Assembly (NCBI GenBank): GCA_965267575.1
Contig: OZ254086.1
Coordinates: 3,072,001 to 3,136,000 of the forward strand
Source: Calditrichales bacterium
GTDB taxonomy: Bacteria > Calditrichota > Calditrichia > Calditrichales > J004
Reading direction: 5' to 3'
Length of the DNA: 64,000 nt
Each line of letters starts with the position of its first letter. The first letter of the stretch is position 1. The notes below the pieces were generated by a model. That model made no database searches and was not told the origin of the DNA. It saw only the letters and a program-made list of their open reading frames with translations. This document shows, in pieces, positions 45,789-57,294 of the stretch. A program made the translations under genes and the position numbers.

Positions 45789-47891
45789 TTAGTTCAGGCC
45801 TCTGCGTTTCAGCAGCGGTTCAATTTGTGGCTCCTGGCCACGGAAGTTGACGTACATGGTCATGGCGTCTTCCGTGCCGCCCTTGGCGAGGATATTGTCG
45901 CGGTAAGCCTTGGCCGTTTTCTGGTCAAAAATGCCGCTCTCTTTGAACGCCTCAAAGGCGTCGGCGTCCATTACCTCGGACCAGATGTAGCTGTAGTAGC
46001 CGGATGAATAGCCACCGATAATATGGCGGAAGTAGGTGGAACGGTAGCGGCTGATAATCTCGGGAATCAGGCCGATCTCGTCCAGCGCCGCTTTTTCGAA
46101 AGCATTTACGTCGCGCTGTTTCTCTTCATTCAGCGTATGCCAGGCCATATCCAGGTAGCTTGCTGCCAGGTATTCTACTGTCGCAAAACCCTGGTTAAAC
46201 TGGTTGGCTGCTTTGATCTTGTCAATCAGTTCCTGCGGCATTACGTCACCAGTCTCATAGTGGAAGGCATAGAGCTTCAGCATTTCCGGCTCCAGAACCC
46301 AGTTTTCCAAAACCTGCGAAGGAAATTCCACAAAATCGCGCGGGACGTCCGTACCCGAAATACTTGGATAGGTGCAGTCGGAAAGCAAACCATGCAGCGC
46401 GTGGCCGAATTCATGGAACAGCGTGTTGGCCTCATCCAGGCTGAGCAGGGAAGGGGTGTCCGCGGTCGGTTTGGTGAAGTTGCCCACATTAACAATGATC
46501 GGCAGCACTTCGCCATCCATTCTCTGCTGCTTGCGGTAAGAGTTCATCCATGCGCCACCGCGCTTGCTTTCGCGGTAAAACCAATCGGATAAGTAAACGC
46601 CGATCGTCTCGCCGTTTTCATCTTTTACAACATAGGTCTTCACTTCCGGATGGTATTTAGGTATGTCGTCACGCTCTTCAAAGGTCAGACCAAACAGCTT
46701 CGCTGCCAGTACAAATGAGCCGTTAATCACATTGTCAATCTTGAGGTAGGCGCGGATTTCGTCTTCATCGAGGCTGTATTTCTGCTTGCGTATTTTTTCG
46801 GCGTAGTACCACCAATCCCAGGATGCCAGTTTAAAATCGCCGCCCTCGGCATCGATCATATCCTGCATCATATCGCGTTCTTTTTTAGCCATGGCGAGTG
46901 CGGCTGGCCATATCTTATCCAGAAGCTCGTAAACATTTTCGGAGTTTTTGGCCATGCGTTCTTCCAGAACGAAATCGGCGTGCGTGTCATAGCCCAGAAG
47001 CTGCGCTTTGCGCACGCGCAGGTTGGTTACCTTGTTTACGATCTCCTTGTTATCAAATTCATTATTATTATCCCCGCGATTGATGTAGCCTTTATAGAGC
47101 TTTTCGCGCAGGTCACGACGTTCCGAATACTGGATAAAGGGTATCAGGCTGGGCTTATGCAGCGTGAACAGCCATTTGCCATCGTAGCCCTTTGCCTTGG
47201 CCGCTTCGGCGCCGGCATTACGAACGTTCTGCGGTAAACCGGCCAGGTCTTCCTCGTTGTCAATAACAAGCTCGAAGCCGTTGTCTTCTTTTAAAACGTT
47301 TTCGCCAAATTGTACGGATAGAACGGAGAGTTCTTCGTTAATGGCGCGCATTTTTTCTTTATCCGCTTCACTCAGGTTGGCGCCGGCACGAACAAACCCT
47401 TTGTAGTAGTCTTCAAGAAGCCGCTCCTGTTCACGCGTCAGAGCCAGATCTTTCTGGTTGTCATAAAGTGTCTTTACGCGCTCAAACAGGTCGGCATTAA
47501 GATAGATGTCGTCGCTGTGCTTGGAAAGAAGCGGGCTGATCTCCTTTTGGATGGCCTGCTTGGCATCGTTGGTGTTGGCAGATACCAGGTTATAGAATAC
47601 GTAAGAGACCTTATTAAGCAGTTTGCCGGAACGTTCCATTGCCTCTATTGTATTGGCAAAGGTCGGTGCTTCTTCGTTTTGCGCGATTCCTTCAATCTCC
47701 CTGAGGTGCTCTTCCATACCCTTTTTAAAGGCCGGCATGTAGTGCTCATCGGCAATTTCCGAAAAAGGCGGTACGCCAAAAGGCGTTTGCCATTCCGTGT
47801 AGAAGGGATTCTCACCCGTCGCAGTGCTTTCCTTTTGTGAACAGGACATAATAAAAACTCCTAAGCATAGAAAAAGAGTTAAGCGTATCAT
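45789..47891 (-). CDS. dcp: M3A peptidyl-dipeptidase Dcp-like lipoprotein
   Basis: Lipobox IMSC; KRGGAWM, LFHEFGHALH, DFVEFPSQ..E, GYSSGYYSYIW. Confidence 0.93.
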   Translation of the reverse strand: MIRLTLFLCLGVFIMSCSQKESTATGENPFYTEWQTPFGVPPFSEIADEHYMPAFKKGMEEHLREIEGIAQNEEAPTFANTIEAMERSGKLLNKVSYVFYNLVSANTNDAKQAIQKEISPLLSKHSDDIYLNADLFERVKTLYDNQKDLALTREQERLLEDYYKGFVRAGANLSEADKEKMRAINEELSVLSVQFGENVLKEDNGFELVIDNEEDLAGLPQNVRNAGAEAAKAKGYDGKWLFTLHKPSLIPFIQYSERRDLREKLYKGYINRGDNNNEFDNKEIVNKVTNLRVRKAQLLGYDTHADFVLEERMAKNSENVYELLDKIWPAALAMAKKERDMMQDMIDAEGGDFKLASWDWWYYAEKIRKQKYSLDEDEIRAYLKIDNVINGSFVLAAKLFGLTFEERDDIPKYHPEVKTYVVKDENGETIGVYLSDWFYRESKRGGAWMNSYRKQQRMDGEVLPIIVNVGNFTKPTADTPSLLSLDEANTLFHEFGHALHGLLSDCTYPSISGTDVPRDFVEFPSQVLENWVLEPEMLKLYAFHYETGDVMPQELIDKIKAANQFNQGFATVEYLAASYLDMAWHTLNEEKQRDVNAFEKAALDEIGLIPEIISRYRSTYFRHIIGGYSSGYYSYIWSEVMDADAFEAFKESGIFDQKTAKAYRDNILAKGGTEDAMTMYVNFRGQEPQIEPLLKRRGLN

Positions 47892-47999
47892 TGGTCAATC
47901 TCCATGGTTGTAAAATAAGGTCTGCTATTTTACAAATTTTTTTTAAATGGTACGATTGTTTTTTGGGCGTGTGGGGATATTATCGGGGGAATTTCAACT

Positions 48000-50900
48000 T
48001 TAGCTGTCCAGAAGCGTTCTTACTTTGCGTGCCAGCTCTTCATGGGAATAAGGTTTCTGTATAAAATCCATGCCTTCTTTCAGTATGCTTTCGCGCACAA
48101 CGCCGCTGTCCGTGTAGCCGGAGAAAAATAATATTTTCTGTTCCGGATAGTCTTTGTGTATGTTCGACGCCATTTCACGCCCATTCATCAGGGGCATTAT
48201 AACATCACTCAAAACAAGGCTTATTTTACGGTGTTGTTTTTTGTAAACACTTAAGGCTTCCTCACCGTTGGCCGCTGTTACTACCTTATAGCCGTAATAA
48301 GACAGGGAAGCGGATGTCACGTTGCGCACCGTTTGATCGTCTTCAACGAGAAGAATAGTTTCATTGCCCGTCAGCTTTTCCGTGGCTGCCTTTTGGGCTT
48401 TACTGCGACGTCCTTTTTCCCCTGCACGCGGCAGGAAGATTTTGAATGTAGAGCCTTTGCCGCGTTTGCTGAAAACATAGATAAAACCGTTGTTTTGCTT
48501 CACGATACCGTACACGGTCGCCAGGCCGAGACCGGTGCCTTTGTTGCGTTCTTTCGTTGTATAAAAAGGCTCAAAAATGTGAGAACGGGTTTCCTCGTCC
48601 ATGCCCAGACCGCTGTCACTGATGCTGAGTATAACGTAGCACCCGGCATGCATACCCGGAAACTGGCCGGTATCTTCTTTTATTATTTCCGCGTTGCGCG
48701 TTTCGATGGTCAGCTTACCGCCGGAGGGCATGGCGTCCCGGGCGTTAATGGCAATATTCATAATGATCTGTTCCATCTGGCCGGGGTCGGCTTTTATCGT
48801 CCATAAGCCTGGGTCAAAATCAGTAACAATCTCAATACTTTCGCTTAACAGACGTCCCAGCATTTTGGTGTGGTCTGTAATAAGCGTGTTCAAATTGACA
48901 ATTTCCGGCTTAATAATCTGCTTGCGGCTGAATGTCAGCAGCTGATTGGTCAGCCTGCCTGCCCTTTCGCTGGCTGTCTTAATCTGGCTTATGGGGTTTA
49001 CCAGTTCCTGTTGCAGTTCCAGAAGCAATAGCAGGTCGCAATAGCCGTTAATGATCGTCAGCAGATTATTGAAATCGTGGGCCACGCCTCCCGCCAACTG
49101 GCCAACAGCCTCCATTTTCTGGGCCTGGCGCAGTTGTTCCTCGAGCCTTTTACGTTCGGTGATATCGCGGAGGACGCCCTGGGTCGCCATACCATCCTTG
49201 TAACGTATGTAGGACACCGCCGCCTCTACTTCGATTTCTCTGCCATCTGTAGAAACCGCCGTAAATTCATATTTGGGTGAAAGTTCCTCACCGCTTTCAA
49301 TCCGCCGGATGCGCTCTTCCACCACTGACCTGCTGTCCGGCGCAACCAGCAGCATAATGTCAAAATTTTCCTGACTGGCTTGTTCAGGGGAAATATTAAA
49401 CATCTTTTGAAACTTGCTGTTTACCAGCTCCAGGCGGCGATTGTAAAGAAGGTAAATGGCGTCTTCGGACTGCTCAATCAGCGTGCGATATTTCTCTTCG
49501 CTTTCACGATGGGCCTCTTCGGATTGAACCTGTAGCGTAATATCTTCCACCAACCCTATGCCGGCGATTATTTTGCCACTGTCATCCGGAATACCCTTGA
49601 ACATGGCGCGCACATAAGTTGTTTTATTGCTGGTAACAGACGTGTACCATCCGTTATAACTGCCCTCGCCCTTCTCAAGCGCCATTTTAACAGCTTCCGT
49701 TACCTCGTTGTTTTTGAGCTGCGTTAACATGTTAAGACCAATAAGGCTTTTGCTGGAAGAACCAATAATCCGGATGAAGTGTTCGTTGCAGTCGGTAATT
49801 GTGCCGTCTTTGCTGAAATGGAAAATGCCCAGTGGTGAATTATAAAAAATGTTACGATACTTCTTTTCGCTTTCACGTAAAAATTGCTCGGCTTGTTTTC
49901 GGCGGGTGACGTCACTGACCACGTCCATAATATATTGTGGCTGACCCTTTCCATCGCGGATAAGTGAGAGATGAAATTCACCTATAAAAGTGCTGCCGTC
50001 CTTGCGGATTAATCGAACCTCAAAATTGTTGATCTTACCGTCGGTGAGCAATTGCTTTACGGCTTCCGCCGCTTTTTCGCGCTCTTCTTTCGCAATCAGG
50101 TTAAACGCGTTTGTGTTTTGCAACTCGCTGGCCTCATACCCAAACAGTTTTGCCTTCTGCCCGTTCAGGTAAACGATATTACCACTCAGGTCCATCAGCG
50201 AGATTCCCTCCTGAGCGGTCTCCACGAGTGTCCGGTAATGTTGCTCACTGCGGCTTAGGGCATCCTCGGCATGCTTACGCTGGGTAACATCGATCATAAC
50301 ACCACGCAGTTGTGCGGCTTTGCCGTTTTCGACCACAACCGTTACCACATCCTTTAGCCAGATGATGTTTTTGTTGCGGGCAACCATCCGGTATTCGAAA
50401 GCGTGGTTTCTTAATTCGGCGGTGGCATTGGTGCAAAAATCAGGTACCCATTTTCTGTCTTCCGCGTGCACGTGGTTTATCCAAAAATCAGGTTCATTCA
50501 GCCAGCGCTGCACAGGATAGCCCAATATTTCCTCAGCTTTGTGGCTGACATAAGTAAAACGCAGAGGATTGGGGTCAGCCTCCCAGACAATCAGGTCGAT
50601 CGATTCGATAAGTTCTGCAAAGTGATTTTGTGGAAATGATGATGCCGTTGAGACGGAAACTCGATTAGCAGGAATCTCACGAAAATGCCATACGTGCTCG
50701 GTCACTCCGATGGAGATCTCATTTGAAAAATAATCAACGAGAAGCGTGCGTCCGTCTTTAAGGACAAATCGCTCATTCTCAAAGCTTTCGTCGTCGCGCT
50801 GCAGCACTGCAAAGCTCTTTTCAAAGGTGTCCCCGTTTTGCACATGTTGCTTCAGGCAGTAGGCAATCTTCTGCAAATCACCCCTTTTGGGCAATGCATC

Positions 50901-51062
50901 CTTACCGATTTGAAAGAGTTTGTAAAATTGTTGATTGGCGGCCAGCCGGCCGGAAGGTCTGAGCAGAACGAGAGCGGCAAAAGGGAGTTTGTCGATATAT
51001 TTCGCGTATCCGTGCGAAGCGAGTTCCGAATGCGGTCGTTTTTTATCCATGGATGGCTGCAC
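48000..51062 (-). CDS. Multi-PAS hybrid histidine kinase / receiver (CckA-like architecture)
   Basis: At least 4 PAS/PAC repeats; [22 protein letters not shown]-box; NARDAM, DSGLGM, GTGLGL; receiver ILLVEDD..DVIMP..KP. Confidence 0.95.
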   Translation of the reverse strand: MQPSMDKKRPHSELASHGYAKYIDKLPFAALVLLRPSGRLAANQQFYKLFQIGKDALPKRGDLQKIAYCLKQHVQNGDTFEKSFAVLQRDDESFENERFVLKDGRTLLVDYFSNEISIGVTEHVWHFREIPANRVSVSTASSFPQNHFAELIESIDLIVWEADPNPLRFTYVSHKAEEILGYPVQRWLNEPDFWINHVHAEDRKWVPDFCTNATAELRNHAFEYRMVARNKNIIWLKDVVTVVVENGKAAQLRGVMIDVTQRKHAEDALSRSEQHYRTLVETAQEGISLMDLSGNIVYLNGQKAKLFGYEASELQNTNAFNLIAKEEREKAAEAVKQLLTDGKINNFEVRLIRKDGSTFIGEFHLSLIRDGKGQPQYIMDVVSDVTRRKQAEQFLRESEKKYRNIFYNSPLGIFHFSKDGTITDCNEHFIRIIGSSSKSLIGLNMLTQLKNNEVTEAVKMALEKGEGSYNGWYTSVTSNKTTYVRAMFKGIPDDSGKIIAGIGLVEDITLQVQSEEAHRESEEKYRTLIEQSEDAIYLLYNRRLELVNSKFQKMFNISPEQASQENFDIMLLVAPDSRSVVEERIRRIESGEELSPKYEFTAVSTDGREIEVEAAVSYIRYKDGMATQGVLRDITERKRLEEQLRQAQKMEAVGQLAGGVAHDFNNLLTIINGYCDLLLLLELQQELVNPISQIKTASERAGRLTNQLLTFSRKQIIKPEIVNLNTLITDHTKMLGRLLSESIEIVTDFDPGLWTIKADPGQMEQIIMNIAINARDAMPSGGKLTIETRNAEIIKEDTGQFPGMHAGCYVILSISDSGLGMDEETRSHIFEPFYTTKERNKGTGLGLATVYGIVKQNNGFIYVFSKRGKGSTFKIFLPRAGEKGRRSKAQKAATEKLTGNETILLVEDDQTVRNVTSASLSYYGYKVVTAANGEEALSVYKKQHRKISLVLSDVIMPLMNGREMASNIHKDYPEQKILFFSGYTDSGVVRESILKEGMDFIQKPYSHEELARKVRTLLDS

Positions 51063-51208
51063 AAAATCCTCTCTTAGATGTTACTTTGGCTGATTCCAAT
51101 TCTTTCCCGGTGACCTGACATGCCCGTTATATCGGCGTTTACGGGGGCTTATCAAGTAAAAACATATAAAAAACTTCCTGCCCGCTTAAAATGTCAAGCA
51201 AAAAACAT

Positions 51209-51252
51209 TTGCAAAATCATCTATGGTATTTTATAATTAACCAGATGGTTAA
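51209..51252 (+). promoter_or_regulatory. sigma70 promoter and TetR operator of the efflux operon
   Basis: TTGCAA (51209-14), 17 bp, TATAAT (51232-37), then palindrome TTAACCA-GA-TGGTTAA (51237-51252). Confidence 0.8.
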
Positions 51253-51280
51253 ATAAATTAGTTAAAGCGTGTAGTTAAAA

Positions 51281-51907
51281 GTGAATTCATCAACGGAAAA
51301 AAAAATCCTGGAAGCAGCGACACAGCTTTTTATAGAGAAGGGCAGGCATGGGGCGCGCATGCAGGAAATAGCCGATCGCGCCGGCATAAACAAGGCGATG
51401 CTGCACTATTACTTCCGTAATAAAGAAAAATTATATGCCCATATTTTTGAGGTTACATTTAGTCGTTTTGCGGGCAATCTGCACATCATTTTTGAAAATG
51501 ATGAATCTGTTTTTGATAATCTGCAAGATTTTATAGATGCCTATTTGAGCATGCTGCAGGAAAATCCGCTGCTCCCTATTTTTATAAGCCGCGAGTTGAG
51601 CGAAGGAGGACAGACGGCGCGGGAAACGGTTTCAAGACTTATTGAAGAGGGACGTTTTAAGCTGCCGCGGGTTTTTACACAAAAAGTGCGAGAAGCGATT
51701 TCCGCCGGCGAGATCCGGTCTTTGGATCCGTTGCAGCTTTTGATCAGCCTGATTGGCTGCTGCGTCTATTTTTTCATAGCCGAACCATTGCTTAATATCA
51801 TTCTCAGCAAAGATGAAACGTACGACCGTGAAAAGTTCCTTGAGCAAAGGCGTGACGCTATTTACGATCTTTTTGTGCGGGGAATTGCTGCTAACAATAA
51901 AGGTTAA
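51281..51907 (+). CDS. TetR/AcrR family regulator
   Basis: ILEAATQLF...IADRAGINKAMLHYYFRNKE. Confidence 0.95.
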   Translation: MNSSTEKKILEAATQLFIEKGRHGARMQEIADRAGINKAMLHYYFRNKEKLYAHIFEVTFSRFAGNLHIIFENDESVFDNLQDFIDAYLSMLQENPLLPIFISRELSEGGQTARETVSRLIEEGRFKLPRVFTQKVREAISAGEIRSLDPLQLLISLIGCCVYFFIAEPLLNIILSKDETYDREKFLEQRRDAIYDLFVRGIAANNKG

Positions 51908-51919
51908 CCGGGAGATAAC

Positions 51920-52801
51920 ATGAAAGTAATTTTTTGGCTTGTCGCGATTGTTTTACTGGCGGGCTGTAACGGTGACGCCGAACGGAAAACGCACTACGAC
52001 GGGAGGCTGGAACTGGACGTTGTTCGTCTCTCCGCGCAAACAGCCGGGGAGATTGACAGTATGGCGGTGGATGAAGGTGATCCGGTGCGCCGCGGACAAT
52101 TGCTGGCACGCATTGACACGCGCGACCTGCAGTTGCAACTGCAACAACAAAGCGCAATGCTGACGGAGACCCAGGCCAATCTGAAAAATATTGACGCCCA
52201 GGAAACGCAATTGCAGGCGCGTCTGCGCTTTAACAACGATATGGTTAAAAAAACGCGCAATATGGTACAGGAAGGCGCGGCCACACAGCAGGAGCTGGAT
52301 CAGCTGTTGACGGAAAACGACGTTTTAAATGCGCAGCTTGAAGCTATTCAAACGCAACGTGCCGTTATCCGCAGCAAGCAGCAACAAATTAAAAGCGCCA
52401 TGGATTTGATTGAAAGGCAGGTCAGCAAAAGCAACATCATTTCGCCGCTGAATGGTCTGGTTTTAACACGCCTGCGTCTGGCCCACGAGGTGGTCGCGCC
52501 GGGCGTGGCTTTGCTTGAAGTGGCCGATCCTCAAAAGATGGAAGCCATCATATATGTGCCGCTGGAAGATTTACCACAGGTTAAGATCGGCCAGACGGTC
52601 AAAGTGGATCTGCAGGGTGTGACCGGCGCTGTTGAGGGGCGCGTGCGCCAGGTGGCCGAAGAAGCGGAATTTACGCCAAAAACAATCCTTACACCGGAAA
52701 CAAGACAGACGCTGGTGTATGCGGTAACCGTGGCCGTAAGCAATCCCGACGGAAAACTCAAAGCCGGTATGCCAGTGCTGGTAAGCCTGGACGGAGAATG
52801 A
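51920..52801 (+). CDS. HlyD family periplasmic adaptor lipoprotein (YbhG-like)
   Basis: LAGC lipobox, VDEGDPVRRGQLLA, coiled coil, AEFTPK. Confidence 0.92.
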   Translation: MKVIFWLVAIVLLAGCNGDAERKTHYDGRLELDVVRLSAQTAGEIDSMAVDEGDPVRRGQLLARIDTRDLQLQLQQQSAMLTETQANLKNIDAQETQLQARLRFNNDMVKKTRNMVQEGAATQQELDQLLTENDVLNAQLEAIQTQRAVIRSKQQQIKSAMDLIERQVSKSNIISPLNGLVLTRLRLAHEVVAPGVALLEVADPQKMEAIIYVPLEDLPQVKIGQTVKVDLQGVTGAVEGRVRQVAEEAEFTPKTILTPETRQTLVYAVTVAVSNPDGKLKAGMPVLVSLDGE

Positions 52802-53721
52802 TGGAAAAGCTGCTTCAGCTGCAGGGCGTGCTCAAACGTTATGGCAACAACGAGGCTGTAAAGAATGTCTCCTTTGATGTACACGGAGGCGAAATCTTTG
52901 GCTTGATTGGTCCCGATGGCGCCGGCAAAACTTCCCTGATGCGCATGGTGGTTTCGTTGCTGCGCGCGGATAAAGGCCGGATCGTTTTTCTGGGCAAGGA
53001 TGTTTTGGGCAACAACCGCTTTGTGCGCAGCCGCATCGGCTACATGCCGCAACGTTTTAGCCTCTACCAGGACTTAACCGTTGAGGAAAACCTGCTCTTT
53101 TTTGGCAACCTGTTTAACGTGCCCAAAGACGATCAGCAAAAAAGGCTTAAAGAACTTTATGAGTTCTCGCGTCTGGGGCCGTTCAGCTCGCGTCGGGCGG
53201 GCAATCTCTCCGGGGGCATGAAGCAAAAGCTGGCACTTTCCTGCATGCTTATGCATAAGCCGCGCGTCATGGTCCTGGATGAACCCACCTTTGGGGTGGA
53301 CCCTGTTTCGCGTCGGGAGTTTTGGGACATTCTGGGAACCTTGCGCGACGAAGGCGTGGCTCTGCTGGTCAGCACGCCATACATGGATGAAGCCGGGCGC
53401 TGCGACCGTATCGCGCTGATGCATAATGGCCGGCTTTTGGCCTGCGATGCGCCTGCCGCGGTCGTTGCCGATTTCCCTTACACCCTTTTCAGCATGGAAT
53501 CTTCCGAACCGCATGCTTTATATAACGCGCTTTCCGCGGTCATAGAGCCCGATACTTTGCAACTTTTTGCCGGCGGTGTTGTGCTGGTGGATCGCAAAGG
53601 TGCAGGAAAGGAGGCGCTTGTCGCAAAAATTGAGGAGCTCACTACTGAAAAGCCCACAATCAAAAAGGTCGCTCCCGAACTTGAAAACATCTTCCTGGAC
53701 AGGATGCGCCATGACGGATAG
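52798..53721 (+). CDS. ABC transporter ATP-binding protein (YbhF N-half-like)
   Basis: GPDGAGKT, LSGGMKQ, LDEPTFGVDP. Confidence 0.93.
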   Translation: MMEKLLQLQGVLKRYGNNEAVKNVSFDVHGGEIFGLIGPDGAGKTSLMRMVVSLLRADKGRIVFLGKDVLGNNRFVRSRIGYMPQRFSLYQDLTVEENLLFFGNLFNVPKDDQQKRLKELYEFSRLGPFSSRRAGNLSGGMKQKLALSCMLMHKPRVMVLDEPTFGVDPVSRREFWDILGTLRDEGVALLVSTPYMDEAGRCDRIALMHNGRLLACDAPAAVVADFPYTLFSMESSEPHALYNALSAVIEPDTLQLFAGGVVLVDRKGAGKEALVAKIEELTTEKPTIKKVAPELENIFLDRMRHDG

Positions 53722-54451
53722 ATACGCGGTAGAAGCCGAAAACCTGAGCCGCCTGTTCGGGGACTTTAAAGCGGTGGACGCCATCAGCTTTCATGTGCAT
53801 GAAGGAGAAATCTTTGGCTTTTTGGGCGCCAATGGAGCCGGAAAAACGACAACGATCCGGATGCTTTGCGGGCTCCTAATGCCCAGCAGCGGCAAAGCCC
53901 ACGTTCACGGCCTGAATGTTTTTACGCAATCCGAAGCGATAAAGCAGCATATCGGTTATATGAGCCAGAAATTCAGCCTTTACGACGACCTGACCGTCAG
54001 CGAAAATATTGAGTTTTACGGCGGGATTTACGGCCTGAGCAGGACGAATATTCAAAAACGGACGCACGAGTTGCTGCAGGAATTGCAGCTGCAAGATCAG
54101 GCCGACAGGCTTACGGGCGCGCTGCCTGTGGGCTGGAAACAGCGTCTGGCCTTAAGCAGCGCCTTGCTGCACGATCCACCGATCATTTTTCTGGACGAGC
54201 CGACCAGCGGTGTTGATCCTGAAGCGCGGCGGCAATTCTGGCTGCTGATCTATGAGCTGGCCGCCAAAGGCAAAACAATCTTTGTGACGACGCATTTTAT
54301 GGACGAAGCCGAGTACTGCCACCGCGTGAGCATTATGAAGAACGGACGCATTGAGGCGCTGGATACACCGTCCCGCCTGAAGCAGGCACACAAGGCCGAC
54401 AATCTGAACGACGTCTTTTTGAAAATCGTGGGGGAAAGCGGCGATGAATAA
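53711..54451 (+). CDS. ABC transporter ATP-binding protein (YbhF C-half-like)
   Basis: Start MTDRYAV; GANGAGKTT, LPVGWKQR, LDEPTSGVDP, TTHFMDEAE. Confidence 0.93.
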   Translation: MTDRYAVEAENLSRLFGDFKAVDAISFHVHEGEIFGFLGANGAGKTTTIRMLCGLLMPSSGKAHVHGLNVFTQSEAIKQHIGYMSQKFSLYDDLTVSENIEFYGGIYGLSRTNIQKRTHELLQELQLQDQADRLTGALPVGWKQRLALSSALLHDPPIIFLDEPTSGVDPEARRQFWLLIYELAAKGKTIFVTTHFMDEAEYCHRVSIMKNGRIEALDTPSRLKQAHKADNLNDVFLKIVGESGDE

Positions 54452-55547
54452 GACCTTGTTCAGTATTATGCGCAAAGAGTTCCGCCACATTATTCGTGAC
54501 CAGCAGACGTTGATAATTTTATTTCTGATGCCACTGCTAATGCTGTTTCTATTTGGCTACGCGATCACGCTGGAAATGCGCCAGATTGAGACGGCGGTTG
54601 TGGATCTTTCCAAATCATCCTCCAGCCGCGCCTTTATCGAAAAGATGCGAGCCTCTGACTTTTTCGAAATTACCGCGGTCGATGTGGCTTACAAAGATTT
54701 TGAAGAAGTCTTTCGCAAACGCCAGGCACGCTGCATTATCGTTATCCCGCGCGATTTTGAATCATCACTGGACAGGGAGCTGCAAACACCCGTTCAGCTT
54801 TTGATTGATGCCAGTGATCCCAATGCCGCCAATTATATCAACAATTACGTCACGCAGATCAGCGCGCTTTTTAATGTGGAGCGTGGCGCCGTCCCGGTCC
54901 AAACGTTTCGGCTTGAGCCGCGTTTGCTGTACAATCCGGATTTAAAATCATCCTACTTTTTTGTACCCGGCCTGGTCGCCGTTATCCTGCTGCTTATTTG
55001 CAGCTTGCTTACAAGCATCGCCATCGTGCGTGAAAAAGAGACCGGCAGCATGGAGCAGATCCTTGTCAGCCCGGTATTGCCGCAGCAGATCATCATCGGA
55101 AAAGTGATTCCGTACATGGTTATCGGCTACCTGATGGCGCTGATGATTCTGTTTTTCTCCTATTTCTGGTTCAACGTACCGCTGCACGGTTCCTTCCTGC
55201 TGCTTAACCTGATGCTGCTGCTTTACATTTTCACAGGTCTGAGTTTCGGGCTGCTTATTTCCACCGTAACACACACACAGCAGGTGGCGCTTATGTTGAC
55301 GCTGGTAACGACCATTTTGCCCACGGTGATGCTTAGCGGCTTTATTTTCCCGATTCCCAGCATGCCGGAAATTCTGCAATATGTCGCGGCCGTCATACCG
55401 GCTACGCATTTTCTGGAAATCATCCGAGGCATCATGCTTAAAGGCGTCGGCCTTACAGAGCTTTACCCGCAGGCAGGCTATCTTTTGCTGATCGCCTTTG
55501 TGCTGATCGCGGTCAGTGTCCGTAAATTTCAAACCCATCTGGATTGA
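54444..55547 (+). CDS. ABC-2 permease (YbhS-like)
   Basis: KEFRHIIRD, YNPDLKS..FVPG, REKETGSMEQ, LSGFIFPI. Confidence 0.93.
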   Translation: MNKTLFSIMRKEFRHIIRDQQTLIILFLMPLLMLFLFGYAITLEMRQIETAVVDLSKSSSSRAFIEKMRASDFFEITAVDVAYKDFEEVFRKRQARCIIVIPRDFESSLDRELQTPVQLLIDASDPNAANYINNYVTQISALFNVERGAVPVQTFRLEPRLLYNPDLKSSYFFVPGLVAVILLLICSLLTSIAIVREKETGSMEQILVSPVLPQQIIIGKVIPYMVIGYLMALMILFFSYFWFNVPLHGSFLLLNLMLLLYIFTGLSFGLLISTVTHTQQVALMLTLVTTILPTVMLSGFIFPIPSMPEILQYVAAVIPATHFLEIIRGIMLKGVGLTELYPQAGYLLLIAFVLIAVSVRKFQTHLD

Positions 55548-55553
55548 GCAACC

Positions 55554-56678
55554 ATGCGTCGCGTCCTTTACCTGATTCAAAAAGAGTTTCGCCAGATCGT
55601 TCGTGAAAAAGCGTTCATCGGGATCATATTTGTCATGCCTTTTATCCAGATTGTGGTGCTGGGTTTTGCCATCACAACCGATGTACGCAATGTGGCGCTG
55701 GCGATCGTTGATGAAGATCGCAGCCGTTTCAGCCGGCGTATGATCGACGCTTTCTCGGTGACCGAATCATTCCAATATCTTGGGCAGGCCGAAAACGGAA
55801 ACCACCTGCGGCAACTGCTGGATCGTGGGGACATAAAAATTGGATTAACCATTCCGGTGCACTTTGAACGAGATCTGAAGAAGGGCAAAGCGCCCTCGGT
55901 GCAGGCCGTAATCGATGGCGTTGATGGCAACTCGGCTGGCGTGGCTCTGGCTTATGTAAATCAGATTGCTTTAAAGCTGCAGCGCGAGTGGCTGCTTGAG
56001 AGCGGTGTTTCCCCGGCCGAGTTAAATAATATTCACCTGGCGCAGGTTGAACCGCGTATGTTGTACAACGCCAGCCTGGAAAGCAAAAACAATATTGTCC
56101 CGGGTATCATTGCCGTTCTGGTCACCATGATTACGGCGTTTCTTACCGGCATGAGTATCGTCCGCGAAAAAGAGATCGGCACCCTGGAACAGCTTATGGT
56201 AACACCCATCCGTAGCGCCGAGCTTATGCTGGGCAAGATCATTCCCTTTTTGATTGTTGCTCTAATGCTGATGGGCGTCGGTATCCTGGCGGCGGGTGTT
56301 ATTTTCGGTATCTGGATGAGGGGCAGCCTGATCTTGCTTGTTTTACTCAGTCTCGTTTTCAGCCTCAGCACGCTAGGCCTGGGCATATTTGCCAGCACCA
56401 TCGCCAAAACCCAGCAGCAATCGATGTTTATTGCCTGGTTTTTCGCTGTTTTCGCGCTGCTGCTTTCGGGCTTTTTTATCCCTATTGAAAATATGCCCGA
56501 TTGGGTTCAGGTGATTACCTATGCTAATCCGTTGCGCTATTTTATGGTCATTATCCGCGAGATCTATTTAAAGGGCACGGGTTTTGTGTTTCTTTGGAAA
56601 GAAGCGGCAGCAATGGGGCTGTTTGGCTTGCTGATGTTCACCGCCGCCAGTTTGCGTTTCCGTAAGAGGTTAAGTTAA
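55554..56678 (+). CDS. ABC-2 permease (YbhR-like)
   Basis: KEFRQIVR, REKEIGTLEQLMVTP, LSGFFIPIENMP, NPLRYF. Confidence 0.93.
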   Translation: MRRVLYLIQKEFRQIVREKAFIGIIFVMPFIQIVVLGFAITTDVRNVALAIVDEDRSRFSRRMIDAFSVTESFQYLGQAENGNHLRQLLDRGDIKIGLTIPVHFERDLKKGKAPSVQAVIDGVDGNSAGVALAYVNQIALKLQREWLLESGVSPAELNNIHLAQVEPRMLYNASLESKNNIVPGIIAVLVTMITAFLTGMSIVREKEIGTLEQLMVTPIRSAELMLGKIIPFLIVALMLMGVGILAAGVIFGIWMRGSLILLVLLSLVFSLSTLGLGIFASTIAKTQQQSMFIAWFFAVFALLLSGFFIPIENMPDWVQVITYANPLRYFMVIIREIYLKGTGFVFLWKEAAAMGLFGLLMFTAASLRFRKRLS

Positions 56679-57064
56679 AAGCGAAATAGTTTCAGATTGT
56701 AAAAGTGTTCAAAATGCTTGTCGGTTGTCATTAGTTCGATATTATTTTCAAGGCACAATGCGGCAATTAAGGCGTTTGAAGAGGGAATGGTTATGCCACG
56801 CGTCCTGAGTTGGAAAAGAAGCTTACCCGCCATCTGAAAAATGCTTCGACCGGTTTCATAATATGTTAAAATGCTAAATAGTTCTTTAATAAGCTTTTGT
56901 TGAGACGGCCTGGCTCCCGCTAATATTTCCATTTCAACAACGCCGCATAAGGCTACCTTGCGCTCATCAAGAAGCTGCTCTACCATATCGGCATTAGGCT
57001 CGTTTCCTTTTCTGAAGAAATCTATCCAGATGCTGGAGTCGAGAAGTATTAGGCTATCTGACAT
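56675..57064 (-). CDS. vapC: VapC PIN-domain toxin
   Basis: ILLDSSIWID, EILAG, ALIAA, LMTTDKHF. Confidence 0.9.
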   Translation of the reverse strand: MSDSLILLDSSIWIDFFRKGNEPNADMVEQLLDERKVALCGVVEMEILAGARPSQQKLIKELFSILTYYETGRSIFQMAGKLLFQLRTRGITIPSSNALIAALCLENNIELMTTDKHFEHFYNLKLFRF

Positions 57065-57272
57065 TTTTTAATTCTTCGCGTTCCAGATCGTCAAGTTCAT
57101 CCAGATTATCCTGAATATCGAGTTTGCCGCGTAAGGCCTTTAGCCGGTTAATCTTCTGCTGTTTCAACCATTCGTTTAGGGCCTTGTTTACAGCCTGTGT
57201 TTTATTTTTGCTCCCCGAAAATTGCAAGACCTCTTTAATCAGCTTTTCCGCAAGAGTTACCGTTGTTCGCAT
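57054..57272 (-). CDS. vapB: VapB-type RHH antitoxin
   Basis: MRTTVTL...KTQAVNKAL...LRGKL, acidic tail; overlaps the vapC start. Confidence 0.88.
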   Translation of the reverse strand: MRTTVTLAEKLIKEVLQFSGSKNKTQAVNKALNEWLKQQKINRLKALRGKLDIQDNLDELDDLEREELKNVR

Positions 57273-57294
57273 GAGTCGCCACTTTCTGTGTTTA

